From IMG/VR virus record IMGVR_UViG_3300031673_000004, positions 1 through 64,000 of that record: 64,000 bases of DNA; one strand, given 5' to 3'. A program made the translations under genes and the position numbers. Shown piece after piece: positions 38,037 through 47,726 of this stretch; positions within the stretch are counted from its first letter, which is position 1, and every line of letters begins with the position of its first letter. The DNA comes from a virus. The notes under the pieces are model-generated. The model saw nothing but the letters and a program-made list of their open reading frames with translations. It had not been told where the DNA came from and did no database searches.

Positions 38037-39309
38037 TAAAAAACTATGGAGTAACGAAGATATTATATTTTTAAAGAAACACTATGCAACTAATGGTGCC
38101 CTTTTTATCCATGAACAATTAGGTAGAAGCATACATGCTATTCATAATAAGGCATCCTTGTTATCCTTAACGTATAGTAAGCCTAAAGCTAAAAAAATAT
38201 GTGTAGCTGCAGGATGTACTAGCCCTGTATGTGCTTTGGATTTATGCACCAGGCATTATCAACAACAAAATATTAAAAAAACAAGGGCAAATGGGTGCAC
38301 ACGTAGGGTTTGTTTGCACAAATGGACAGAGGCTGAATTGGCTATACTAAGAACGCAATTTCCTATAGGTGGAAAAAATTTAGTCGCATCCATTCTGCAA
38401 ATAAGTAAAAATGTAATAAAATATAAAGCACACAAATTATGTCTTCGGTATACAAAAGTAAAACAATTATGTGCAATGCCTCTTTGTAACAATCCTGCAA
38501 TATATCGTGGTTATTGTTCAGTTTGCCGTGGTTTAGCTGAAAAGCATTCAATTACGCTTATACAATATTTAGCATTACTTAATTTACAAAACAATAAATG
38601 TGGGATTTGTGGAAAGGTAGAAACGAAACAACAATGCGGAAAAGTACAAAATTTGTGCGTTGATCATGACCATAATACATCAGCTATTCGTGGGCTTTTA
38701 TGCCATAATTGTAATGCAGGGTTAGGTTTATTAGGGGATGACTTAATAGTTATTCAAAAGAATTTGACAGCATATATAAATAATTCCTTTAAATTTAGGA
38801 TTATGGAAAGAAAGTCATATGTGGATAAAGCTAAACGTAGGAAAGATTATCCATTGTATGCGTCATTCAAAATTAATTTAGAGGAATATATATTTATGCT
38901 TGCGCAACAACATAATGTATGTGGGTGCTGTGGTCAAAAAGAAAATATTAAAAACGCGGGTAAACTAAGTGATCAACTCTCCATAGATCATGTACATAAT
39001 AATTGGATTTGTAGAATATGTGGTGTTTCTATGCAGACACACAGTCGTCCTGATAAATGTTTTGGTTGCTCTGCACACTCTAAATTTATTCGTCCAGTAA
39101 TACGTGGGTTATTATGCGGTAGATGTAATAGGGGTATAGGAAAATTAGGAGATAATCCCCCAGTCATTTTACAAAATATTGCAATCTATCAGGAAAATAT
39201 TAATAAAGTGCAATATGTATTAGAAGAAGCCAGTGTAAAAGCATCAGGAATGGACGGAGAGGCTGCCCGTACAGAAGCTAAGAAGCTCTATTGGAGCACC
39301 AGAAAATGA
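38026..39309 (+). CDS. Endonuclease VII-family homing endonuclease (two EndoVII domains plus Myb-like repeats)
   Basis: CGICG...VDHDH...IRGLLCHNCNAGLG pattern occurs twice; WSNEDIIFLKKHY and WTEAELAILR repeats. Confidence 0.85.
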   Translation: MINNKKLWSNEDIIFLKKHYATNGALFIHEQLGRSIHAIHNKASLLSLTYSKPKAKKICVAAGCTSPVCALDLCTRHYQQQNIKKTRANGCTRRVCLHKWTEAELAILRTQFPIGGKNLVASILQISKNVIKYKAHKLCLRYTKVKQLCAMPLCNNPAIYRGYCSVCRGLAEKHSITLIQYLALLNLQNNKCGICGKVETKQQCGKVQNLCVDHDHNTSAIRGLLCHNCNAGLGLLGDDLIVIQKNLTAYINNSFKFRIMERKSYVDKAKRRKDYPLYASFKINLEEYIFMLAQQHNVCGCCGQKENIKNAGKLSDQLSIDHVHNNWICRICGVSMQTHSRPDKCFGCSAHSKFIRPVIRGLLCGRCNRGIGKLGDNPPVILQNIAIYQENINKVQYVLEEASVKASGMDGEAARTEAKKLYWSTRK

Positions 39310-40367
39310 CCATGCATGTATGTATTGCTACGCCGCATACCCGAGTCGCAGGAGGAACAAAGGTACTTTTGCGGCTGGCCCAATTATTACGATCATTCGA
39401 TATTACAGTTACTGTCCTTACACAGTCTCTTTCCAGTATAGAGTGGCTGGGAAAACCTCCACAATTTGAAATTAAACAGGTTGATAATATTTCAAAGTAT
39501 ACGGTTCCACCAAGTTGTACACATCTGATTACCTACGGTGATGGTCAATCATTTGGGCCAATGCCGGATATTCCTATAGTACTTTATCTGCAGGGATTTG
39601 GAACTAGTCAGTATGAACGAGAATGTATAAATTTGATGTATCCGTATAATGCAGTTATTACCACGTCTAAATGGTTGGCAAATATCGCTGAGAAGCAATT
39701 CAAACATAAAAATGTAAGGATAATTCCTCCAGGGATTGATCCTATTTTCATTCCTAGGGAAAGACTGCGATCCCTTGCAGATTTAAAAATTGACCCTTAT
39801 TGGAGTTGGGATATTAAAGAACCAGAAAAAGTAGATACAGATTCTATGCTTACGATTGGCTGCCTCTATCATCATGCCGGTTCAAAAAATATGGAAGAGT
39901 TTTTCAATGCCATGAATGCCGTTCACAAGGACCAAGAGATCCGGGTACTGCTTTTATCTGCCAAGGAAGTACATAAAGACGTATTCAAAAATGCCAAATG
40001 TCCCTATTATGTTTATGTAAATCCTCCTCAAGATAGAATTCCTTATCTATATTATCTTTCCAATATATGGGTTGCCCCCAGCAAGAATGAAGGTTTTGGG
40101 CTATGCCCCTTGGAAGCAATGGCATGTGGCACACCTGCAGTAATTAAACCTTCGTTTGGATTGGATGAATACTTAATTGATAATCATAATTGTCTATTAT
40201 TCAACAATTCAATGGAACGAAGCAATATGGCACTACGTACTGGACTTCTTCTAAGAGATAAAGAACTACAAACAAAACTTATAAAAAATGGGATTGAGTT
40301 AGCAGGGAAGTTTACGTGGGACAAGTTCATAAAGTCTTTTTTGAGGGTACTTGAAGATACAAAATGA
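39306..40367 (+). CDS. GT4 family glycosyltransferase
   Basis: GGTKV, IPPGID, EGFGLCPLEAMACGTP. Confidence 0.9.
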   Translation: MTMHVCIATPHTRVAGGTKVLLRLAQLLRSFDITVTVLTQSLSSIEWLGKPPQFEIKQVDNISKYTVPPSCTHLITYGDGQSFGPMPDIPIVLYLQGFGTSQYERECINLMYPYNAVITTSKWLANIAEKQFKHKNVRIIPPGIDPIFIPRERLRSLADLKIDPYWSWDIKEPEKVDTDSMLTIGCLYHHAGSKNMEEFFNAMNAVHKDQEIRVLLLSAKEVHKDVFKNAKCPYYVYVNPPQDRIPYLYYLSNIWVAPSKNEGFGLCPLEAMACGTPAVIKPSFGLDEYLIDNHNCLLFNNSMERSNMALRTGLLLRDKELQTKLIKNGIELAGKFTWDKFIKSFLRVLEDTK

Positions 40368-41287
40368 ATATAGGATTCATAGAACCCGGATTACACGTCT
40401 GTGGCGGTATTAGGCGAATAATGGAAGTATCCAATCGTCTGGTTGGATTAGGTCACAATGTTACGCTTCTCACACCAACGGGAAGTCCGTGCGTGTGGTT
40501 GCCCACTAAGGCTGAAGTTATTAAACTTGACAAAATAGCAAATAAACAATTTGATGTAATAATTTTTAATTTAGCTGAACAGTATAAGCATGCAAAGATA
40601 GCAAAAGCTGCAAAAAAGATATTTTGGGTGTTGGCACCGGAGGCATTATATAAAAATCCGGAAATACCAATTCGAGCACTTAACCAAGGATTCTATTTAA
40701 TTGCCAATTCAACATTCACAAAACAATATATAACAAAGCATGTCACTAACAAATTAGATTATGACATTCCAATAGTTCCTGGAGGTATTAATCCAGAACA
40801 TTTTAAATATGATTCGACAATTCCTACACAATACCATGCCATGTACTATGGTTCAAAGCGCCCATGGAAGGGGACAAGCATTATAGAGACAGGATTACAT
40901 AGCACTAAATATAGTAACTTTCTAAAGATGGAGGGATTGAATACACCCCAAGATCAATTGTATAAATTATATAATAGTTCAACTGTGTATATTTCAGCAG
41001 GGCAAGCCGAGGGATTTAATTTCAATATTTTAGAGGCTTTTGCATGTGGTTGTCCAGTAATTTGTACTGATGATGGTGGTAACAGGGATTTTGTTAGAGA
41101 TGGAAAGAACGCACTTGTGGTACGCAGGAATTCACAAGATATAGCTAATGCAGTAAACAAATTATTGGATAATAAACAATTACAACGAGAATTACGGAAC
41201 GAATGTTTAAAAACTGCAAGAAATGTAAAGTATGATTGGGATGTTGTAACTAAGAAATTTGAGAGTATTGTAGGTACGTTGATATGA
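40364..41287 (+). CDS. GT4 family glycosyltransferase
   Basis: CGGIR, VPGGIN, EGFNFNILEAFACGCPV. Confidence 0.9.
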   Translation: MNIGFIEPGLHVCGGIRRIMEVSNRLVGLGHNVTLLTPTGSPCVWLPTKAEVIKLDKIANKQFDVIIFNLAEQYKHAKIAKAAKKIFWVLAPEALYKNPEIPIRALNQGFYLIANSTFTKQYITKHVTNKLDYDIPIVPGGINPEHFKYDSTIPTQYHAMYYGSKRPWKGTSIIETGLHSTKYSNFLKMEGLNTPQDQLYKLYNSSTVYISAGQAEGFNFNILEAFACGCPVICTDDGGNRDFVRDGKNALVVRRNSQDIANAVNKLLDNKQLQRELRNECLKTARNVKYDWDVVTKKFESIVGTLI

Positions 41288-41958
41288 ACATATACGATTA
41301 TTATGATTTCGGTACTGCATCTGGTGGCAGCTTTAACTTCGGGAAAAAGTTTAGCGGTAAGTCTGGTCTTGGGGTTGAAATACTGAAGCATAGAGTTGAC
41401 AAATTACACATTAAAGGTATACCGTGCCTTCTAGCGGATATTGCTAAGCATGATTTTGGCAGTGAAAAAGTAAAATTTATACTCATGTGTCATTTTTTAG
41501 AGCATTTGAATGATAAAAAAATGGTTAAGCATGTTATTGAAACAGCTTCAAAAACGGCTACTGATTTTATGTATATAGAGGGTCCATCTTTTGATTTTGA
41601 TAGTTATTTGAAGGGTTTGGGTTTTAAATTTTTCTGGTTGGATGGGTGTGGTCATAAGATAAGAGTTACTATTAATTTATTGAAAACGATTTTTTCTGAA
41701 TTGGGACTCAAAGACTTTACGTTTCAAACCGAACGACCTTATGTAGTTGATTCGACATCGCGTGATATTTTTCCGTATAATTACCCAACTACTCACACAT
41801 ATTTTGATTCTAAAATTCACGGATCTAAACGTATAGTTAAGTTTAGTGATGGCGTTTTTAGATCATTTAATGTGTTTATTTGGCTTAACAAAAATGTTGA
41901 TAAAAATAGAAGACAGACTTTATTAAATAAAAGAAAAATATTCTCAGTATATAAATAA
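41284..41958 (+). CDS. Class I SAM-dependent methyltransferase-like protein
   Basis: DFGTASGGS, GLGVE, HFLEHL. Confidence 0.65.
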   Translation: MNIYDYYDFGTASGGSFNFGKKFSGKSGLGVEILKHRVDKLHIKGIPCLLADIAKHDFGSEKVKFILMCHFLEHLNDKKMVKHVIETASKTATDFMYIEGPSFDFDSYLKGLGFKFFWLDGCGHKIRVTINLLKTIFSELGLKDFTFQTERPYVVDSTSRDIFPYNYPTTHTYFDSKIHGSKRIVKFSDGVFRSFNVFIWLNKNVDKNRRQTLLNKRKIFSVYK

Positions 41959-41983
41959 CTACAATTGGTACGAGAGGTTAATA

Positions 41984-42733
41984 GTGAATCTTTCAGTAAT
42001 AATAACATGCAAAGATAGACTAGAAAATTTAAAGTTTTGCCTTGCTTCTATCCGTGCATGTGGTCCAAGACCAAGAACAATAGTAGTGGATTTTGGGAGT
42101 AATCAGCCGTTGGCATTTCCGGAGTACAAAAGCTGGGTTCGTATCATACGAGTGGATAGATCTACAAAAATGTTTCATAAAGCGCGTGCAATAAATATTG
42201 GAATTAGGAATGTTACTACACGCTTTTTGTGTATTACTGATGCAGATCAAATTTTCCAACCTAATTTTTTTGGTGTCGTAAAGCAGACGCTACAAAAAAA
42301 TACAAACGCTTTTGTAATGTGCAAGTCTTATTTTTTGACAACGACACCAGCACTTATTCCGTTTTCTTGCAATGGAAAAGAGTATTATAAATTTTTAGAA
42401 AGAGCAAAACAAAGTGGTATAATCCTTCACGGAGATGGATGTTGTAATGGCGTTTCTACACAATGGGCAATAAATGTTCACGGCTATGACGAAACATATG
42501 TTAGATACAGAGCACAAGATTCTGATTTTGCTCTACGAGCTGTGCGAGGAGGTCTTACTAAAGTATGGATTCATGGTAAGACTAGTATGATTCATTTACC
42601 GCATTTACGTCAGGGTGCATATTACGAAGGTGATATAAAGGTTTATAACAAAGCCAAGTACAAACAAAAAACAAAAATGCCAACGAAAGCGATCCTTGTC
42701 GCTAACCACAATAAGGAGTGGGGAAAACTGTGA
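41984..42733 (+). CDS. GT2/GT7-like glycosyltransferase
   Basis: LSVIIT, VVDFGS, FHKARAINIG, TDAD, GYDE...QDSDF. Confidence 0.85.
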   Translation: MNLSVIITCKDRLENLKFCLASIRACGPRPRTIVVDFGSNQPLAFPEYKSWVRIIRVDRSTKMFHKARAINIGIRNVTTRFLCITDADQIFQPNFFGVVKQTLQKNTNAFVMCKSYFLTTTPALIPFSCNGKEYYKFLERAKQSGIILHGDGCCNGVSTQWAINVHGYDETYVRYRAQDSDFALRAVRGGLTKVWIHGKTSMIHLPHLRQGAYYEGDIKVYNKAKYKQKTKMPTKAILVANHNKEWGKL

Positions 42734-43647
42734 AAATATTTTGTTTAAGGAAATATTTTTTTATTGAGATGGCAGCAACGTCTAATGTACACGTTGTATC
42801 GCACGGATTGGCGCGGCCAATTCAATTCAAACACCACTTAGTTGAGTTTACTGACCATTTTGTTGCTGAACAACCTGATTTTTTCTATTTTTGGAAAGAT
42901 GAGCAGCTTACTAGGGATATCCTTATAAAATTAAAAGCAGCGAGTCCACACACAAAATTTGTAATGTATTATGCAGACCAACGCGGGGGTGTTCCTCCAC
43001 TAATCGCAGAGAGACGTGGCCTATTAGACGTATTGTTTATAAATAATGAAGACCCTACACAATTTAAGATGTACAAAAAGATTGGTATACCTAAAGTGTT
43101 TACATTGCACCACTGTGTTCCCACAAATGAATTTAAAGATTTTGACGTTCCCATTACCCATGATGTATTTTTTGGGGGAAACAACTTTAACCATAAAAAA
43201 TTTCCTCTAGGAAAATTTAGGTATGATTTGATTATGCGAGTACATGGATTGTTCAAGACAGTTGTTTATGGGAATGGTTGGCCCTTTGGTACTGAAAAGC
43301 GGGTTCCCCGACAGCAATATGCAAGAGTTCTACGTAGAGCCAATGTAAATCTAGGATCAAATCATTATGACGTTTTGCGGTACTATGATAGACGCTTATT
43401 TGAATGTATGGCTTCTGGCAGAGCGCATATAACTAGATATGTTCCTGGTATGGAGAAGCATTTCGAAAACGGAAAACATTTGGTTTGGTTTCGTTCAATT
43501 AAAGAAGGGTTAAACGCTATTCAAAATTTGTTAAAGTACCCGGAAAAAAGAGAAGCAATTGCTGCCGCTGGTAAAAAGCTCGTTTTTGAACAGCACAGTT
43601 TTGAGGTACGTGCTAACCAGTTACAACAGATTTTGGAATCGATATGA
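42730..43647 (+). CDS. CgeB/YkvP-like glycosyltransferase
   Basis: RRLFECMASG...FENGKHLVWF...REAIAAAG...HSFEVR. Confidence 0.8.
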   Translation: MKIFCLRKYFFIEMAATSNVHVVSHGLARPIQFKHHLVEFTDHFVAEQPDFFYFWKDEQLTRDILIKLKAASPHTKFVMYYADQRGGVPPLIAERRGLLDVLFINNEDPTQFKMYKKIGIPKVFTLHHCVPTNEFKDFDVPITHDVFFGGNNFNHKKFPLGKFRYDLIMRVHGLFKTVVYGNGWPFGTEKRVPRQQYARVLRRANVNLGSNHYDVLRYYDRRLFECMASGRAHITRYVPGMEKHFENGKHLVWFRSIKEGLNAIQNLLKYPEKREAIAAAGKKLVFEQHSFEVRANQLQQILESI

Positions 43648-44630
43648 TATTAACTGTTGCCGCTATTTTAGATGAATTTTCAGAGACTTGTTTTTCTCAT
43701 GAATGCCACCTCATTCCTGTTAGGAGTACTGATTACTTATCGAGATTGAGAAAATCTGGAAAGATAGATTTATTGCTAGTTGAATCAGTGTGGCGTGGTC
43801 CCGGAAATAGTTGGAGTCACTACTTAGTTAATAATAGAAAGCACCCAGTCCCTTCTGGTCTGCCCATTTTAATGAAATTAATTAAAGAATGTAAAAGACT
43901 GCAGATACCTACATTGTTTTGGGCCAAAGAGGACCCTGTTCATTTTAAGCATTTCATAATATCAGCCGGTGTGTTTGATTGGATTGCTACAACAGATGTG
44001 AATTGTATGCAACAGTATAAAAATAAATTTGGGCATAATCGGGTATTTGCTCTGCCCTTCGCTGCCCAAACTGCCATACACATTCCTAAAGGCATAGAGG
44101 GAAGGATTTCGCTGGCTTGTTTTGCTGGGGCTTGTAGAAATAAACAATACCCAAATAGAGCCGCTGCAATGGATTTCGTGCTAAAACCGGCGATAAAATA
44201 CGGTTTACACATCTATGATAGGCACAAAGTAGGTAGTAGCGGGGAAGATTTTCCGGCTATTTATAAAGATTGCGTACAGGGTGGAGTTCCATATACTCAA
44301 ATGTTAGAAAAGTATACACAGTATAAAGTATTTTTAAATGTAAACTCGATTGATACTTCTCCAACAATGTTTTCGCGTAGAGTATTTGAACTGCTCGCCT
44401 GTGGTACTCCTGTGATCAGTTCTCCATCCACTGGAATTGAGAAAATGTTGCCAGAGGTACTGATTTCTCATAATAAAAAAGAAACTGAACAACACTTGCA
44501 GAGACTTTTGAATGACGATAAGTATTGGAAACAGATTTCTACGGCGGGGATAGCTAGAGTGAAAAGTGGGCATACATATGCTCATAGATTAAAAACTATC
44601 TGTGAAACTATTGGTATAACTGAAAAATAA
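43644..44630 (+). CDS. CgeB/YkvP-like glycosyltransferase
   Basis: AILDEFS, FWAKEDPVHF, SPTMFSRRVFELLACGTP, HTYAHRL. Confidence 0.85.
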   Translation: MILTVAAILDEFSETCFSHECHLIPVRSTDYLSRLRKSGKIDLLLVESVWRGPGNSWSHYLVNNRKHPVPSGLPILMKLIKECKRLQIPTLFWAKEDPVHFKHFIISAGVFDWIATTDVNCMQQYKNKFGHNRVFALPFAAQTAIHIPKGIEGRISLACFAGACRNKQYPNRAAAMDFVLKPAIKYGLHIYDRHKVGSSGEDFPAIYKDCVQGGVPYTQMLEKYTQYKVFLNVNSIDTSPTMFSRRVFELLACGTPVISSPSTGIEKMLPEVLISHNKKETEQHLQRLLNDDKYWKQISTAGIARVKSGHTYAHRLKTICETIGITEK

Positions 44631-44632
44631 CT

Positions 44633-45244
44633 ATGATAGTAGAAGCGTTTAAAAAATATGAAGAGCAAATCTTGTCTAAACTTAGACTTGAATATTGTGG
44701 ACTTATATGGTGTGAGTTAGGCAACCAACGTTATTGTGGGAAACCTGCCAAGGGAATGTATGAATTAAAGGGAGTAAAGCACACTTCCATTGACATAAAT
44801 GGGCTTGGAGGAGCAGTACCTATCGATTTAGATTCTCCTATTCCTAGTAACATGGAAAATAAGTTTGATGTAGTAACCAATTATGGTACATCTGACCACG
44901 TAAATAATCAATATTCTGTGTTCAAGAATGTCCATTTGATGTGCAAACTTAATGGCATTATGTTGCATGGAGTGCCATTGATTGGTAATTGGGTTAAACA
45001 CTGTAGATATTACTATTCTAAACAATTTTTTGAGGGATTGTCTATTAAATGTGGGTACAGAATAATTGATTTAAAGGTGCTTAACTCTGGTTTTTATCGC
45101 CATCCTAAGAATTTGGTAGTAGGGGTGCTTCAAAGGGTAGAAAATGTTGCTTTTGTTTCTCAAAGACAGTTTATTGGGATTTCTGGAATTAACGACTCAA
45201 AAAATCTGAATCGTACTGGTAATTACTCTATTAAAAGAAAGTAA
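44633..45244 (+). CDS. Class I SAM-dependent methyltransferase-like protein
   Basis: ELGNQ, SIDING, FDVVTNYGTSDHV, GIMLH. Confidence 0.7.
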   Translation: MIVEAFKKYEEQILSKLRLEYCGLIWCELGNQRYCGKPAKGMYELKGVKHTSIDINGLGGAVPIDLDSPIPSNMENKFDVVTNYGTSDHVNNQYSVFKNVHLMCKLNGIMLHGVPLIGNWVKHCRYYYSKQFFEGLSIKCGYRIIDLKVLNSGFYRHPKNLVVGVLQRVENVAFVSQRQFIGISGINDSKNLNRTGNYSIKRK

Positions 45245-45253
45245 TATACGTCG

Positions 45254-45925
45254 ATGTTAAACACCTTAATAAAAAGAAACACGATGCTAAATGCTAGAAA
45301 ATTAGACCATTTAGTAAATCAAATAAAATATATAATCTCAAATAATATAGAAGGAGATGTAGTTCAATGTGGTGTATGGATGGGAGGTAGTGCAGTATTA
45401 ATGGCAAAAACAATGCAGAATTTAGGATCTACTAGAACCCTGCGTTTGTTTGATTCGTTTGCCGATCCCCATGAGCCATTGCCAATTGATGGCAAATATC
45501 TAGTAAAGGAATTAGGGGGAAAGCAACGGGCTAAGGGCCGACTACAAACAATAGATGGGTACTATAAAAGGGTAACAAGGGGAATAGGTCCAGGAAATAG
45601 TAAGCATGTTTATAATCTACTTGCAAATGTTATTGCCTACCCTAAAGATAAGATAAAAATATACAAAGGATGGTTTCAACATACACTCGCTCCGTATAGT
45701 AAGCGAATTGATAAAATAGCTTTGTTGATGTTGGATTGTGATTTGTATGCACCAACCAAACTTTGTATGCGGTATTTGTACACGAAAGTAGCCAAAAATG
45801 GAGTGGTCATTGTAGATGATTATTTAACACTTGATGGGTGTCATGCAGCAATAACTGAAACGGTAGAAAGTAACATAGTGCCAATACAAGTTGCTAATAC
45901 TGGGTGTGTCTATTGGGAAAAATAA
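45254..45925 (+). CDS. TylF/MycF/NovP-family sugar O-methyltransferase
   Basis: GDVVQCGVWMGGS, LFDSF, KGWFQHTL, LDCDLY, VDDY. Confidence 0.88.
   Translation: MLNTLIKRNTMLNARKLDHLVNQIKYIISNNIEGDVVQCGVWMGGSAVLMAKTMQNLGSTRTLRLFDSFADPHEPLPIDGKYLVKELGGKQRAKGRLQTIDGYYKRVTRGIGPGNSKHVYNLLANVIAYPKDKIKIYKGWFQHTLAPYSKRIDKIALLMLDCDLYAPTKLCMRYLYTKVAKNGVVIVDDYLTLDGCHAAITETVESNIVPIQVANTGCVYWEK
45654..45747 (+). repeat. 94-bp exact direct repeat, copy 1
   Basis: Identical to 46342-46435. Confidence 0.9.
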
Positions 45926-45935
45926 AGGAGATAGT

Positions 45936-46619
45936 ATGATAAAACAAGAAATAGATGCTGTAATAAAAAAGAGTACAATGAATCAAACAGGCTTAGCGTT
46001 TATTCAAAGTAAGGTAATTGAGTTAGTGAACAAAAAAGTGCAAGGTGATATAGTAGAATGTGGTGTTTGGATGGGGGGCACCTCAGCTAAAATCGCACAA
46101 ATGTTATTGGAATACAAGGACGACAGAGTAATTCGGTTATTTGATTCTTTTGATGATATCTGTGAGCCACTACCGCTTGACGGAGCACGCTTAATAAAGC
46201 AGGTTGGTGGTTCTAAAAACGCACAGGGGCGGTTGCAGCCAGTTAAGGGCTTTTATAGAAAACGTAAGTTATCTGGTCCCGGAAATGCCAAATATGTATA
46301 TAATCTTATGACTAAGGTAGTTGGTTATCCGAAAAACAGAGTAAAAATATACAAAGGATGGTTTCAACATACACTCGCTCCGTATAGTAAGCGAATTGAT
46401 AAAATAGCTTTGTTGATGTTGGATTGTGATTTGTACGTTTCTATCAAGATTTGCTTGGAACATTTGTATAAAAAGCTAGTTCCTGGAGGTATAATAATTA
46501 TTGATGACTATTATTACTATGATGGAGCGAAATTAGCAGTAGATGAGTATATAAAGGATTACAAGGTTAATGTTACTATTCCGAAGCTTGGTAAGTATGT
46601 GTGCTGGACAAAACAATAG
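45936..46619 (+). CDS. TylF/MycF/NovP-family sugar O-methyltransferase (paralog)
   Basis: GDIVECGVWMGGT, LFDSF, LDCDLY, IDDY; AAGGAG RBS before ATG 45936. Confidence 0.88.
   Translation: MIKQEIDAVIKKSTMNQTGLAFIQSKVIELVNKKVQGDIVECGVWMGGTSAKIAQMLLEYKDDRVIRLFDSFDDICEPLPLDGARLIKQVGGSKNAQGRLQPVKGFYRKRKLSGPGNAKYVYNLMTKVVGYPKNRVKIYKGWFQHTLAPYSKRIDKIALLMLDCDLYVSIKICLEHLYKKLVPGGIIIIDDYYYYDGAKLAVDEYIKDYKVNVTIPKLGKYVCWTKQ
46342..46435 (+). repeat. 94-bp exact direct repeat, copy 2
   Basis: Identical to 45654-45747. Confidence 0.9.
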
Positions 46620-46628
46620 GTAACACCT

Positions 46629-47726
46629 ATGGTAAAGATTCTTCATATAGGACATACTAACACACCGCATGTTCATGATGTAATTCAGCAAATTGATGAA
46701 CATACAGATTTTCAAAACGCGCTTCTAAGCTGTCAAACTGAAGAGTTTGTACCTTATGAACTTTTTAAACGTATACCTGTATATGTCTATAACTATTTAG
46801 ATTTCGTAGATACACCAGCAATGCGGTCTGCTGTTGATAACGTCTTGAAAGCAGAAAAACCTGACTTGATTATTGGGCACTCGTTTTCACAAGTGGCTGT
46901 GATTATGAACTATGTGTTGAGTGTAACCAACGTTCCAGCTATGTCTTTTATTTGGGGATCTTCTGATTGTGTAAAAAGCTTTAAGAATGCAATATTTACA
47001 AGGATATACTATAATAATTTAACCGTTTTGAAAAAAATAAATTACTTAGTATGCACAAATAGATGGTTAAATTTACAGGCAGTTAATAGCTATGGCATTA
47101 CATTAGATGATTTCGTTGAAGCTGGTCCTCCAGTTAATCTGGCACAGTATACAAATCATATACCAGATACATCCAAACCAAGGTTATTTTTAGCCAAGCC
47201 ACGGTGTGAAAAGTACATATACGCGTGTTTGCCCGCCGCATTTAAACAATTTCCTAAACTAGAGGTTCATGCCTTCCGAGTTCCTAAAAGCATTGTCCTC
47301 GCTAAGAAAGTTGGTGTGCATAACCAAGTACGTTTTCATAATTACCCACAAACTCAAGAAAATTTTGCCAATATGATAAAATATGTTAACATTGTTCACA
47401 CAATTACACCAGACCCAGGAACAGGAGGGACGGCAGTTCAGGCAACATACGCGGGGTGTGTAAATCTGATGCGGCAGTGTCAATCAAGCAAATGGATGAT
47501 TGAGGACGGAATAAATGCGGTAATGTGTCGTTTAAATGTACCCGATGTAATGCAAAAGTTATTCTATAGTGTGCAAAATATGCCTAAATTATGTCAAAGA
47601 TTTAGAGAAAATAGCAGACATTTAATTAGGTTTGACAGAGAAAATACATGGAAGAATCTGCATAAAGCAATTCTAAATTGTTTAGAAGGAAAGAAAGGTA
47701 GGATTACTCCAATGGTTACTGTATAA
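46629..47726 (+). CDS. Divergent GT-B (GT4-like) glycosyltransferase, paralog 1
   Basis: KILHIG..TPHV, EKPDLIIGH, QATYAG. Confidence 0.65.
   Translation: MVKILHIGHTNTPHVHDVIQQIDEHTDFQNALLSCQTEEFVPYELFKRIPVYVYNYLDFVDTPAMRSAVDNVLKAEKPDLIIGHSFSQVAVIMNYVLSVTNVPAMSFIWGSSDCVKSFKNAIFTRIYYNNLTVLKKINYLVCTNRWLNLQAVNSYGITLDDFVEAGPPVNLAQYTNHIPDTSKPRLFLAKPRCEKYIYACLPAAFKQFPKLEVHAFRVPKSIVLAKKVGVHNQVRFHNYPQTQENFANMIKYVNIVHTITPDPGTGGTAVQATYAGCVNLMRQCQSSKWMIEDGINAVMCRLNVPDVMQKLFYSVQNMPKLCQRFRENSRHLIRFDRENTWKNLHKAILNCLEGKKGRITPMVTV

Noticed and set aside
45654-46435. Diversity-generating retroelement TR/VR pair
   Set aside because: The copies are identical, with no adenine-specific mismatches, and no reverse transcriptase is present in the window
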